35,560 nt of DNA from Acidimicrobiia bacterium (GCA_041619515.1 JBFKDW010000024.1:1-35560), one strand, 5' to 3'. Positions 16,500-26,552 are shown, counted from the stretch's first letter. Notes: generated from the letters alone by a model not told the origin. Numbers and translations are program-made.

Positions 16500-18350
16500 A
16501 TGCACAATCCGTCTGAGATACGTTTGCGCCGCCGGGACCGCGCCGGAGTGCCCGGGGGGAGGCGAGGAATCATCGTCCTGGTGGCGGCCATGGCCCTGCT
16601 GGCATCATTGCTCGCCGGCGCGGCTTCGGCAGGCAGAGACCGGCCATTCACCCTCACGATTCTGCACAACAACGACGGCGAATCCCAGTTGATCAACGCC
16701 GGGTCGGGACTCGAGGACTTCGGAGGTGTGGCTCGCTTCGCCACGCTCGTCAAGCAGGCGAAGAAGGAAGCGAAGAAGGGACCGAAAGGCGACAAGACCA
16801 AGCGGGGCGTCATCTTCGTTTCGTCTGGTGACAACTTCCTGGCCGGGCCCGAGTTCACCGCCAGCCTGGACGCCGGGGTCTGGTACGACGCCAGAGCGCT
16901 GGACATGCTCAGGTACGACGCCATCTCGCTTGGCAACCACGACTTCGACTTCGGGCCCGACGTGCTTGCAGAGTTCATCTCGGATGGGTTCAAGAAGCCC
17001 GGCAAGCCGCCCTACGTCAACGCCAATCTCGACTTCAGCGGTGAGCCGGCGCTGCAAGCGCTGGCCGACGACGGCGTGATAGTTCAGAGCACGGTTGTCA
17101 AGGAGCGTGGCGAAAGGATCGGCATCGTCGGCGCCATCACACCGGAATTGGGGCTCATCTCGAGCCCCCGCAATGTGATCGTGCTCCAGGACGTGGCGGC
17201 CGAGGTCCAGGCCGAGATAGATGCGCTCGAGGCCGATGGCATCGACAAGATCATCATGATCAGCCATCTGCAGGACGCCGACGACGACGTTGCCCTGGCG
17301 CCGCTTCTCAGCGGCCTGGATGTCATGATCGCCGGCGGCGGCGACGAGGTGCTTGCGAACCCCGGAGACCTCCTGGTCCCAGGCGACGTGCCGGACGGCC
17401 CCTACCCGCTGCTCACCACCAACGCCGACGGAGACACGGTCCCGGTCGTGACCACCGCCGGCGACTACAAATACCTGGGCCGGCTCGAGGTCGAGTTCGA
17501 TGGCGACGGCAACGTGACCTCCTGGTCGGGCGGGCCGATCAGGGTCGCCGACGAGTCGCTGCCGGACGGCGTCAAGGCCAACAAGAGGTTCGAGCGGAAG
17601 GTCGTCGACCCGGTCGCGGCATTCGTCGCCGACCTGGCCGCCAACGTGATCGCGGCCTCGGAGGTGGACCTCGAAGGGCGCCGTGACCCCGGTATCCGCA
17701 CCGAGGAGACGAACCTGGGCAACCTGACGGCCGACTCGCTGCGGTGGCAGGCTTCGGCGCTGGCGGCCGGCTTTGGAGTGCCGGTTGCGGATGTGGCGCT
17801 TCAGAACGGCGGAGGGATCCGCAACAACACGCTGATCCCGGCCGGCCCGATCAGCGAGCTGGACACGTTCGACATCCTGCCGTTCTCCAACTTCGTGTCG
17901 GTGATCCCCGACATCCCCCGGGACCAATTCCGACAGATCCTGGAGCGGGCAATCTCCGGGGCACCCGGCTCCGAGGGCCGATTCGCACAAGTGTCCGGCT
18001 TCAGCTTCGAGTACGACACCGGCAGGACCGCCCAGGTGATCGACCCAGTGACCGGCGCCATCACCACCGACGGGGACCGGGTAACCAGCATCGTGCTGGA
18101 CGATACGACCGTCATCTGCTGTGACGTCGGCAACGACGTGCTCCCCGGTGACACCCTGACCGTGGCGACGATCGACTTCCTCGCTCGGGGAGGCGACGGC
18201 TACCCGTTCATGGGAGCGCCGTTCACCTCGGTCGGCGTGTCCTACCAGCAGGCGCTGGCCAACTACATCACCGGGCCGCTTGGCGGGCTCATCTCGGCGG
18301 CCGACTATCCCGAGGGTGGTGAAGGACGGATCACGGATGTGACACCGTAG
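16500..18350 (+). CDS. Secreted bifunctional metallophosphatase / 5'-nucleotidase
   Basis: Signal peptide, LHNND, SSGDNF, LGNHDFDFG, ETNLGNLTAD, NGGGIR, ILPFSN, QVSG, FLARGGDGY. Confidence 0.9.
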   Translation: MHNPSEIRLRRRDRAGVPGGRRGIIVLVAAMALLASLLAGAASAGRDRPFTLTILHNNDGESQLINAGSGLEDFGGVARFATLVKQAKKEAKKGPKGDKTKRGVIFVSSGDNFLAGPEFTASLDAGVWYDARALDMLRYDAISLGNHDFDFGPDVLAEFISDGFKKPGKPPYVNANLDFSGEPALQALADDGVIVQSTVVKERGERIGIVGAITPELGLISSPRNVIVLQDVAAEVQAEIDALEADGIDKIIMISHLQDADDDVALAPLLSGLDVMIAGGGDEVLANPGDLLVPGDVPDGPYPLLTTNADGDTVPVVTTAGDYKYLGRLEVEFDGDGNVTSWSGGPIRVADESLPDGVKANKRFERKVVDPVAAFVADLAANVIAASEVDLEGRRDPGIRTEETNLGNLTADSLRWQASALAAGFGVPVADVALQNGGGIRNNTLIPAGPISELDTFDILPFSNFVSVIPDIPRDQFRQILERAISGAPGSEGRFAQVSGFSFEYDTGRTAQVIDPVTGAITTDGDRVTSIVLDDTTVICCDVGNDVLPGDTLTVATIDFLARGGDGYPFMGAPFTSVGVSYQQALANYITGPLGGLISAADYPEGGEGRITDVTP

Positions 18351-18364
18351 CGGGAACCACAGGA

Positions 18365-18393
18365 AGAGCCCCGGGCCCCGGGCCCGGGGCTCT
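18365..18393 (+). terminator. Hairpin after the nucleotidase gene
   Basis: AGAGCCCCGGGCC-ccg-GGCCCGGGGCTCT, 13-bp stem. Confidence 0.65.
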
Positions 18394-18457
18394 GGTTCGC
18401 CGGCGGTGATCGCCGCCCTGTGGCCACAGCCGGACCGACCGGGGCGCCCGGCCGACC

Positions 18458-18482
18458 GCCGCGCTCAGTGGTGTAGGGTTGG
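18458..18482 (+). repeat. Promoter repeat copy 2 (contains TAGGGT -10)
   Basis: GCCGCGCTCAGTGGTGTAGGGTTGG. Confidence 0.75.
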
Positions 18483-18692
18483 TCGGGTAGTTTGGGAGAG
18501 GAGCTCGACGGCCGCCGCGCTGGCGTGCCGTCGGCGGGGACTGGAGGACCGATCGATGCACGAGCCGCCACGGCTGCTCACTCGCCTCGGCTCTCGAACG
18601 GTGCCCACCACCATCGAGCTCAGAATTGGACGGACGAGTCGAGCCCGGGCGCCACGCCCGGGCTTTCGCATGCAGGGACGAAGGGGCACATT

Positions 18693-21600
18693 GTGAACAT
18701 GACGGCAAGACGGAATCCTGTAATCAGCCTGGGCGTGCTGCTGGCGATGCTGGCAGCGCTGCTGCCGGCAATGGTGGCCACGGCAACGTCGGCCCGCGCG
18801 ACGACGGGTGATCTGGTGATCACCGGCGTGGTCGACGGACCGCTCACGGGCGGCGTCCCGAAGGCCATCGAGGTGTACGTCGTCAACAACATCGCCGACC
18901 TCTCCATCTACGGGCTCGGCTCTGCCAACAACGGCGGCGGCAGCGACGGCGAGGAATTCACATTTCCGGCTGTGGCGGCGACGGCGGGCGATTTCATCTA
19001 CGTCGCGAGCGAGTCGACCGGATTCACGACGTTCTTCGGCTTTGCACCCGACTACACGAGCTCCGCGGCCAGCATCAACGGCGATGATGCCATCGAGCTG
19101 TTCATGAGCGGCGGTGTTGTCGACGTCTTCGGCGACATCAACACGGATGGAACCGGCCAGCCCTGGGAGTACCTCGACGGCTGGGCATACCGCACCGACG
19201 GAACCGGCCAGGACGGCACGACGTTCATCCTCGGCAACTGGACCTTCAGCGGTCCCAACGCGCTCGACGGTGAGACCTCCAACGGAACGGCGGCAACCCC
19301 GTTCCCGATCGGCACCTACTCGACCACGGCCGCGACGGCCGACCCGGTCATCAACGAGTTCGTCGCCAACCACACCGACAGCGACACCCAGGCGTTCGTC
19401 GAGGTATTCGGCGACCCGTCCACCGACTACTCAGCTTTGACCGTCCTCGAGATCGAGGGAGACAGCACCGGCGCCGGTGTCATCGACGCGGCGCTGCCCG
19501 TCGGCACCACCAACGCGAGTGGCTACTGGGTCGACCCCGAGGACATGGAGAACGGCACCCTCACCATCCTGCTGGTCGAGAACTTCTCCGGCAGCGTCGG
19601 CACCGACCTCGATACCGACAACGACGGCACGTTCGATTCGACGCCGTGGACGCGGATCGTCGACGACGTCGCCACGTCAGACGGCTTTAGTTCCGACGTG
19701 ACCTACTCAGCGACCGTGCTGGATCCGTTCTTCGACAGCAACCCGTTCGGCGCCGGGGGCGCATCCCGCATCCCCAACGGCACCGACACCGACGCCGTCG
19801 GTGACTGGGTGCGCAACGACTTCGACGGCTTCGGCTTCCCCAGCTTCCCGGGCTCACCGGCTATCGGCGAGGCCGAGAACACGCCCGACGCCGTCAACGT
19901 CGCCATCAGCGTGCTGACCGACCCGGTCGGTGTGTGCAACAACCCCGCCACGCTGATCCACGACATCCAGGAGGGCGGGGCCCTCAATCCCGACACCGGG
20001 AACATCCGGGAAATCGAAGGCATCGTCACCGGCGACTTCGAGGGCGCCACGGAGTTGAGAGGCTTCTTCATGCAGGAGGAGACGGGCGACTTCGACGGTG
20101 ACGGCACCACGTCCGAGGGCATCTTCGTCTTCAACAACGGAGTAGGCCCCGGCGTCGTTCCCGGCAATACAGTGCGGGTGCGCGGCACGGTGGCCGAGTT
20201 CAACGGTCTCACCGAACTGAACAACGTCCTCAGCGTCACCGTCTGCACCCCGACGGGCACCACGGCGCCGGCGTCGTGGTCGCTGCCCGTGAGCGCGGTC
20301 AGCGACTGGGAGTGGGTCGAGGGGATGGAAATCACCATCAGCCAGACCCTGCACGCCTCGGGCAACTTCACGTGGGCCCGCTTCGGCGAGGTCGACCTGT
20401 CGATCAACGGACCACTCGACAATCCGACCAACGTGGTCGCTCCAGGAGCGCCGGCGAACGCGCTCCAGGACCTGAACAACCGGAGCCGCATCCAGTTGGA
20501 CGATGGCAGCACCGTGCAGAACCCGCTGCCGTTCCCACCGTACCTGGGCGCCGGCAACACGCTGCGGACGGGTGACACGATCCCGAGCCTGACCGGCAAC
20601 CTGAGCTTCTCGTTCGGCAATTACGAGATCCATCCGACCGTCGCTCCGGTGTTCACGCGCGTCAACGGTCGCCCCGGCGTTCCGAGCGTCGGCGGCACCA
20701 TTGAGGTGGCGGCCTACAACGTGCTGAACTACTTCACCACGCTCGACAACGCGGGTCCGATCTGCGGCCCGCTCGGCAACCAGGGCTGCCGCGGCGCCGA
20801 TAACGCATTCGAGTTCGGACGCCAGCGCGCCAAGCTGGTCGACGCCATCAGCCAGCTCGACGCCGAGGTCGTCGGCCTGATGGAGATCGAGAACTACCCG
20901 GGCGATGTGCCCACCGCCGATCTGGTGGCCGGGCTCAACGCCGCCACCTCGCCGGGGAAGTACGCGTTCATCGCCACCGGCGCCATCGGCAGCGACGCCA
21001 TTCGGCAAGCCGTGCTCTATCAGCCGGCCGCAGTGACGCCGCTCGGCGGCTTCGAGGTGCTCGACTCCACCGACGATTCCAACTTCGACGACACGAGGAA
21101 CCGGCCAATGGTCGTGCAGTCGTTCGTCGAGAACGCCACCGGGGCGATCTTCACGGTGGGTGTCAACCACTTGAAGTCGAAGGGCTCACCGTGTCTTCCG
21201 GATGACCCGGACGCCGGCGACGGCCAGGGCAACTGCAACGTGACTCGTACGAAAGCAGCCCAGGCGATCGTCGACTTCCTGGCCACCGACCCAACCGGCA
21301 GCGGCGACAGCGACTTCCTGATCATCGGCGACCTGAACGCCTATGCCCAGGAGGATCCTGTCACCACGATCGAAGCCGGAGGATATACAGACCTGATCGA
21401 GGCGTTCCATGGCACCGGGTACGCCGCCGGGGCGTACTCGTTCAACTTCTTCAGCCAGTCCGGCTACCTGGACCACGGGCTGGCGAGCGGGACGATGACG
21501 CCGCAGGTGGCGGGTGCCGCCTTCTGGCATGTCAACGCCGACGAGCCGAGCGGGTTGGACTACAACAACTTCAACCAGCCGGGTCTCTACAACCCCGACG

Positions 21601-22100
21601 AGTTCCGCTCGTCGGACCACGACCCGGTCATCATCGGGCTCAATCTCGACACGGCGAAGTCGCTCAAGGAGGACACGGCACTCGAGTTGTCGCTGCTGCT
21701 CCCGACCGGCGACACGAAGAACGACAAGCGGATCGCCAAGGCCATCGACCGGATCGAGGAGAGCTTGAACCCGGCATGGTGGACGAGCTCCTCGACACTG
21801 GACGCCAAGAAGGGCAGGCACGTCTTCGACCGGGAGCGGATGGCCGTCAAAGAGCTGATGAAGGTCGACGCACCGGATGACATCGATGCCCAGGCCGCCA
21901 TCGATCAGCTGCTGGAAGCCGATCGGCAACTGGCCCAGGTAGCCATCACCGCCGCCATCCTCGGCGGTGGCGATCAAGGGCGCATCGACAAGGCGCTGGC
22001 GCGCATGGCACAGGCGGCCGATGCGATCGCCGACGGCAAGTTCGACCGGGCCGTCGGCTACTACAAGAAGGCGTGGCAGGAGGCGATCAAGGCCACGTAG
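18693..22100 (+). CDS. ExeM/NucH family extracellular endonuclease with lamin-tail-like N-terminal domains
   Basis: Signal peptide, KAIEVY/NGDDAIEL, INEF, OB-fold GFFMQE..SEGIFV, YNVLNYF, NHLKSKG, GDLNAY, LDH, SSDHDP; start GTG 18693 or ATG 18699 after AAGGGG. Confidence 0.92.
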   Translation: MNMTARRNPVISLGVLLAMLAALLPAMVATATSARATTGDLVITGVVDGPLTGGVPKAIEVYVVNNIADLSIYGLGSANNGGGSDGEEFTFPAVAATAGDFIYVASESTGFTTFFGFAPDYTSSAASINGDDAIELFMSGGVVDVFGDINTDGTGQPWEYLDGWAYRTDGTGQDGTTFILGNWTFSGPNALDGETSNGTAATPFPIGTYSTTAATADPVINEFVANHTDSDTQAFVEVFGDPSTDYSALTVLEIEGDSTGAGVIDAALPVGTTNASGYWVDPEDMENGTLTILLVENFSGSVGTDLDTDNDGTFDSTPWTRIVDDVATSDGFSSDVTYSATVLDPFFDSNPFGAGGASRIPNGTDTDAVGDWVRNDFDGFGFPSFPGSPAIGEAENTPDAVNVAISVLTDPVGVCNNPATLIHDIQEGGALNPDTGNIREIEGIVTGDFEGATELRGFFMQEETGDFDGDGTTSEGIFVFNNGVGPGVVPGNTVRVRGTVAEFNGLTELNNVLSVTVCTPTGTTAPASWSLPVSAVSDWEWVEGMEITISQTLHASGNFTWARFGEVDLSINGPLDNPTNVVAPGAPANALQDLNNRSRIQLDDGSTVQNPLPFPPYLGAGNTLRTGDTIPSLTGNLSFSFGNYEIHPTVAPVFTRVNGRPGVPSVGGTIEVAAYNVLNYFTTLDNAGPICGPLGNQGCRGADNAFEFGRQRAKLVDAISQLDAEVVGLMEIENYPGDVPTADLVAGLNAATSPGKYAFIATGAIGSDAIRQAVLYQPAAVTPLGGFEVLDSTDDSNFDDTRNRPMVVQSFVENATGAIFTVGVNHLKSKGSPCLPDDPDAGDGQGNCNVTRTKAAQAIVDFLATDPTGSGDSDFLIIGDLNAYAQEDPVTTIEAGGYTDLIEAFHGTGYAAGAYSFNFFSQSGYLDHGLASGTMTPQVAGAAFWHVNADEPSGLDYNNFNQPGLYNPDEFRSSDHDPVIIGLNLDTAKSLKEDTALELSLLLPTGDTKNDKRIAKAIDRIEESLNPAWWTSSSTLDAKKGRHVFDRERMAVKELMKVDAPDDIDAQAAIDQLLEADRQLAQVAITAAILGGGDQGRIDKALARMAQAADAIADGKFDRAVGYYKKAWQEAIKAT

Positions 22101-22115
22101 CGACTGAGGGTGATG

Positions 22116-22140
22116 GGGGGCGGGAAGTTGACCCGCCCCC
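22116..22140. terminator. Hairpin between convergent genes
   Basis: GGGGGCGGG-aagttga-CCCGCCCCC. Confidence 0.55.
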
Positions 22141-23303
22141 TACCCCGCCCACTCCTGGAGGCGGGTGAGGCCCTCTCCGAGGTCTTCGTCCGACAAGGCG
22201 AACGAGAAGCGCATGAACCCGGGCGCGCCGAAGGCGTCGCCGGGGACGGCGGCGATCTCGACCTCGTCCAGCAGCAGCGAGGCAAGGTCGAGGCTCGAGG
22301 CAATGCCCTTCTTGTTCATGAGCTCGGTCACGTCCGGAAAGGCGTAGAAGGCGCCCATCGGCTCCACCAGCTGGACACCGGCGGTGGCCCGCAGCATCGA
22401 AACCATCCGCAACCGGCGGCGGTCGAAGGCTTCCCGCATCGTGTGTGACGACTCGAGCCCTCCCTGCAAGGCTGCCAGCGCTGCCATCTGGGACACGTTG
22501 GAGACGTTGGAGCTGAGATGCGACTGCAGCGACGATGCGGCTTTGGCGACCTCAGGTGGGGCGATGAGCCAGCCGACCCGCCAGCCGGTCATGGCGTAGG
22601 TCTTGGAGACCCCGTTCACGTGGACGTAGTAGTCGAGCACCTCCGGAGCGGCCGCCGCCATCGACACCGCTTCGATGCCTCCGTACGTGAGATGCTCGTA
22701 AATCTCGTCGCTCAGCACCCACACTCCGTGCTCGGCCGCCCAGCGGCCGATGGCGGCCAGCTCGTCGGCCGCATAGACGACTCCGGTCGGATTGGAGGGC
22801 GACACGAAGATGAGCAGCTTGGTCTGGTCGGTTCGCTTCGCCTCCAGGCCCTCCGGGGTGACCTTGAGATCCGGGCCGTGCGGAACCGCCACCGGGGTGG
22901 CCCCCGCCAGCTTGACCGCTTCCGGATACGTGACCCAGTAGGGGGCGGGAACGAGCGCCTCATCCCCGGGGTCGAGCAGCACCGAGCACGTCTGGTACAC
23001 CGCCTGCTTGGCGCCATTGGTCACCACCACCTGGCTGGAGGCAGCGTCCATCGCCGGGGCGGTGGCAGTGATCGCTTCCCGCAATGCCGGCATACCAGCC
23101 GCCGGACCGTAGTGGTGGGCCTTGGGATCGCGACAGGCTGCCTCGGCTGCAGCCACGATGTGAGCAGGAGTAGCGAAATCGGGCTCGCCGGCTCCGAAGC
23201 CGATCACCGCCTTTCCCTCGGCCCGCAGGCGGGCCGCTTTGGCAGTGACCGCCATCGTCACCGACTCGGCGATGGCTTCGGCACGCTGCGAGAGGCCGCT
23301 CAT
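22140..23303 (-). CDS. aspC: PLP-dependent class I aminotransferase (aspartate aminotransferase-like)
   Basis: GAGEPDF, TNGAKQA, SPSNPTG, SDEIY, SKTYAMTGWRVG. Confidence 0.88.
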   Translation of the reverse strand: MSGLSQRAEAIAESVTMAVTAKAARLRAEGKAVIGFGAGEPDFATPAHIVAAAEAACRDPKAHHYGPAAGMPALREAITATAPAMDAASSQVVVTNGAKQAVYQTCSVLLDPGDEALVPAPYWVTYPEAVKLAGATPVAVPHGPDLKVTPEGLEAKRTDQTKLLIFVSPSNPTGVVYAADELAAIGRWAAEHGVWVLSDEIYEHLTYGGIEAVSMAAAAPEVLDYYVHVNGVSKTYAMTGWRVGWLIAPPEVAKAASSLQSHLSSNVSNVSQMAALAALQGGLESSHTMREAFDRRRLRMVSMLRATAGVQLVEPMGAFYAFPDVTELMNKKGIASSLDLASLLLDEVEIAAVPGDAFGAPGFMRFSFALSDEDLGEGLTRLQEWAG

Positions 23304-23800
23304 GGTGACGCCGGCCGCGAGCCGAGCTCGCGATCGAGCATCAGCAGCGCCTGCGTGTCGTCGCCGGCCCGGCGGAGGTCCTCCACCACCTGGTCGACCG
23401 CGGCTTCCTCCTCCACCTGCTCGTTGATGAACCAGGTCACCAGCGGAATCGCCTCGTACTCCTGTTCTGCGTTGGCGAGCGCGTAGAGGTTGTTGATGGC
23501 TGCCGTCACGCTCTTCTCCTGTGCCAATGCCTGCTCGAACACAGCCAGCGCCGACCGGTACGTGCCCGCCGGCGCTTCGATTGCTCCCAGCTCCACGTCC
23601 TCGCCACGGTCGGCGACGAAGGCGAAGAACTTCAGGGCATGGGCCCGCTCTTCCGCCGATTGGATCTGCATCCAGGCTGCCATTCCCGGCAGGTTCTGTG
23701 ACTCGAACCAGCCCGCCATGGCCAGGTAGGAGTGTGATGCCGCCAGCTCCATGGTGATCTGATCATTGAGCGCGGCCAGCATCTTCTTGCTCACGGGCAT
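23300..23800 (-). CDS. ftnA: Non-heme ferritin
   Basis: LNDQITME...YL, EERAHA, QE, WFINEQVEEE ferroxidase residues. Confidence 0.9.
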   Translation of the reverse strand: MPVSKKMLAALNDQITMELAASHSYLAMAGWFESQNLPGMAAWMQIQSAEERAHALKFFAFVADRGEDVELGAIEAPAGTYRSALAVFEQALAQEKSVTAAINNLYALANAEQEYEAIPLVTWFINEQVEEEAAVDQVVEDLRRAGDDTQALLMLDRELGSRPASP

Positions 23801-23880
23801 GGCGTCTCCTTTTGGTCTCGACCGGTCCAGTCTATGGCCCGGCCCGCCCGGGGACGCCGGCCGGGTCTAAGGTGCCGGGT

Positions 23881-24423
23881 ATGGCAAGCATCCTCTGGAA
23901 GGGCCCCGGGAACACGCTGGATCGGTCGACGCTCAACACCACTCGCCGCGGCTACCGCCTGGCGGGCACGGTACTCACCGGTCGAAACGGCATCCCCCTG
24001 GAGGTTCGGTACGTGCTCATGACCGACCCCTCGTGGCAACCTCGCGACGTTGGCATCCACATCCTCGGCGGAGAGCCTGATGCCCGCCTCGCACTGAGCG
24101 GCGACGGGGAAGGAACCTGGACGCTCGACGGCAACGAGCTGGCAGACCTGTCCGGCTGCCTCGACGTCGCGCTCGGCTTCTCACCGGCTGCCCTCACGCT
24201 GGTCGTCAACCGGCTCGGGACCGGAGCCGCCGACCGGGCCACGACGAGCGCGGTGTTCATTGGGTATCCCGGCGAACCCGTCCGGGCCGTCGAGCTCGAG
24301 ATCTCCCGGGTCGATGAACGGTCGTACCGGGTTGGCATCGGCGGCCGCGAACGCGAGCTGCGCCTCAACAGCGACGGGCTCGCCACCTCGTACGACGACT
24401 GGGAAGCGGTGGCGTCCCGTTAG
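23881..24423 (+). CDS. Putative glycolipid-binding domain protein (DUF1089-like)
   Basis: GDGEGTW, LSGCLDVALGFSP, LNSDGLATSY; TAAGGT-N7-ATG. Confidence 0.7.
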   Translation: MASILWKGPGNTLDRSTLNTTRRGYRLAGTVLTGRNGIPLEVRYVLMTDPSWQPRDVGIHILGGEPDARLALSGDGEGTWTLDGNELADLSGCLDVALGFSPAALTLVVNRLGTGAADRATTSAVFIGYPGEPVRAVELEISRVDERSYRVGIGGRERELRLNSDGLATSYDDWEAVASR

Positions 24424-26552
24424 GCGATGAGCCAGGGCTCCCGCTGGTCGATCATCATCATCTGACTATCGACTGCCGCCTCGCCGTCGGCGGGAACCCG
24501 CCGCTGATAGGTCCCGTCCGCCAGCAGAATGCGGGCCTGGGTGTTGTCGGCCAGATGAACTTCGAGGATCTTCTCCACCACGATGCGCTTCATGTTGGGG
24601 TCCTCGACCGGATACAGCACTTCCACCCGCCGGTTGAGGTTGCGGGGCATCAGATCGGCCGACCCGACGAACACCTCCGGTTCGCCCGCGTTGCCGAAGT
24701 AGTAGATGCGCGCATGCTCCAGGTAGCGGCCGACGATGGACGTCACGGTGATGTTGTCGGACACGCCGGGAACGCCCGGCCGCAGGGCGCAGATGCCCCG
24801 CACCTGCAAGTCGACGGTGACCCCTGCTCGGGAGGCCGTGTAGAGCTGCTCGATGATCTCACGGTCGATGAGCGCATTCATCTTGAAGGCGAGGTAGCCG
24901 CCTCCCTGCGCCTCGTGAATGGCGATCTCACGATCGATTCGCTCTGCGATCTCCTGGCGCATCGAGTTGGGCGCCACGAGGAGCTTGCGGTACTCGTCCT
25001 TGCGGGAATAGCCGGTGAGGGAATTGAAGACGTCCGAGACGTCGGCACCGATGTCCGGGTCGGTTGTGAACAGGCCGATATCGGTATAGATACGGGCAGT
25101 CGCCACGTTGTAGTTGCCCGATGACATGTGGACATACCTGCGAAGCCCGTCCGAGTCGCGCCGCACCACCATCGAGAGCTTGGCGTGGGTCTTGAGGCCC
25201 ATGACCCCGTACACGACATGAACACCCGCCTCTTCCAGCGCCCTCGCCCATTCGATATTCGTGGTCTCATCGAAACGGGCTTTCAATTCCACCAGCACGG
25301 CTACCTGCTTGTGCTTCTCACGCGCTTCCAGCAGGGCATCGACGATCGGTGAGTTGTCGCCGATCCGATACAACGTCTGCTTGATGGTGACGACCTGCGG
25401 ATCACGCGCCGCCTCGCGGATGAAATCGACCACCGGGGCGAAGCTGTCGTACGGGTGGTAGAGAACCACGTCGCGCCGGTGCATGATCGAGAAGATGCTC
25501 TCATCCGTTTGCAGAACCGGCGGCAGCCGCGGCTGAATGGGTGGCTCCTTCAGATCCGGCCGATCCACCACCATCAGGTCCATGAGGTCGGCCATCCCGA
25601 GGGGGCCTTCGGTGGCGAACACCTGGTACGGAGCGACGTCGAGGTTGGCGACGAGGATGTCCCGAATATGGTCGGGGGTGGTGGCGTCGATCTCCAGCCG
25701 CACCGCCGAACCGAACTGGCGCATCTCGAGGCCCTCGCTGACCGCGGCGAGCAGGTCGGCCGCCTCGTCCTCTTCGATCTCGACGTCGGCGTCGCGGGTC
25801 ACCCGAAAGGGGTAGGCATCGACCACTTCGACACCAGGAAACAGCAAATCCAGGTTGTCGTGAACCACCTCTTCGATCCAGACGAAGTTGTTGGCCGCCA
25901 CCTCCGCCAGGCCGAGGGTCTCGAAGGCCTCCGCTCGCTCTTCGGAGGGAATTCGGAGCAGGCGCGGGAGCATGTGCGGAACCTTGACTCTGGCAAAGCG
26001 CTCCCCGAGGCGAGGATCACGCAGCACCACGGCCAGGTTCACCGACAGATTGGAGATGTGCGGGAAGGGGTGGCTGGGGTCGAATGCCAGCGGCGTCAGG
26101 GCGGGGAAGATCTCGGTTTCGAAGTACTTGCGGAGCAGCTTGCGCTGCTTCTTCTTGAGGTCCTCGAGCAGGAGGATCTGGACCCCCTCGTCGGCCAACT
26201 CGTCGATGATGCCTCCCCAGGCCTCCTGGTACCGCTCCAACTGCGGCTGCAACCGGAGACGGATTGCCGCCAGCTGCTCGGCGGGTGTCATCCCGTCGGC
26301 GGGTGCCTCCAGCGCTCCACCCATGAGCTGGTTGCGGAGTCCGGAAACCCGGATCATGAAGAACTCATCCAGGTTGGAGGCAAAGATCGAGAGGAATTTC
26401 ACTCGCTCGAACAGCGGGCGATTGCCGTCGACGGCCTCTTCGAGGACCTGCAGATTGAACTGCAGCCAGCTGAGCTCCCGATTGATATACAGCTCGGGGC
26501 TCTGCAAGTCCTGGTGCGCGGCGGTGGAGCCGAGCGGTCTCTCGATGGCCAT
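24420..26552 (-). CDS. ppk1: Polyphosphate kinase 1
   Basis: YINRELSWLQFN, SNLDEFFMIRV, HPYDSF, KQTLYR, KTHAK, GRYLEH, SADLMPRN. Confidence 0.97.
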   Translation of the reverse strand: MAIERPLGSTAAHQDLQSPELYINRELSWLQFNLQVLEEAVDGNRPLFERVKFLSIFASNLDEFFMIRVSGLRNQLMGGALEAPADGMTPAEQLAAIRLRLQPQLERYQEAWGGIIDELADEGVQILLLEDLKKKQRKLLRKYFETEIFPALTPLAFDPSHPFPHISNLSVNLAVVLRDPRLGERFARVKVPHMLPRLLRIPSEERAEAFETLGLAEVAANNFVWIEEVVHDNLDLLFPGVEVVDAYPFRVTRDADVEIEEDEAADLLAAVSEGLEMRQFGSAVRLEIDATTPDHIRDILVANLDVAPYQVFATEGPLGMADLMDLMVVDRPDLKEPPIQPRLPPVLQTDESIFSIMHRRDVVLYHPYDSFAPVVDFIREAARDPQVVTIKQTLYRIGDNSPIVDALLEAREKHKQVAVLVELKARFDETTNIEWARALEEAGVHVVYGVMGLKTHAKLSMVVRRDSDGLRRYVHMSSGNYNVATARIYTDIGLFTTDPDIGADVSDVFNSLTGYSRKDEYRKLLVAPNSMRQEIAERIDREIAIHEAQGGGYLAFKMNALIDREIIEQLYTASRAGVTVDLQVRGICALRPGVPGVSDNITVTSIVGRYLEHARIYYFGNAGEPEVFVGSADLMPRNLNRRVEVLYPVEDPNMKRIVVEKILEVHLADNTQARILLADGTYQRRVPADGEAAVDSQMMMIDQREPWLIA

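Noticed and set aside
16331..18482. The 25-bp repeat pair as CRISPR repeats or IS/att ends
   Set aside because: Only two copies 2.1 kb apart, each at a promoter position; no cas, transposase or integrase gene
23801..23880. IdeR/Fur iron box upstream of ferritin
   Set aside because: No AT-rich palindrome resembling the known boxes
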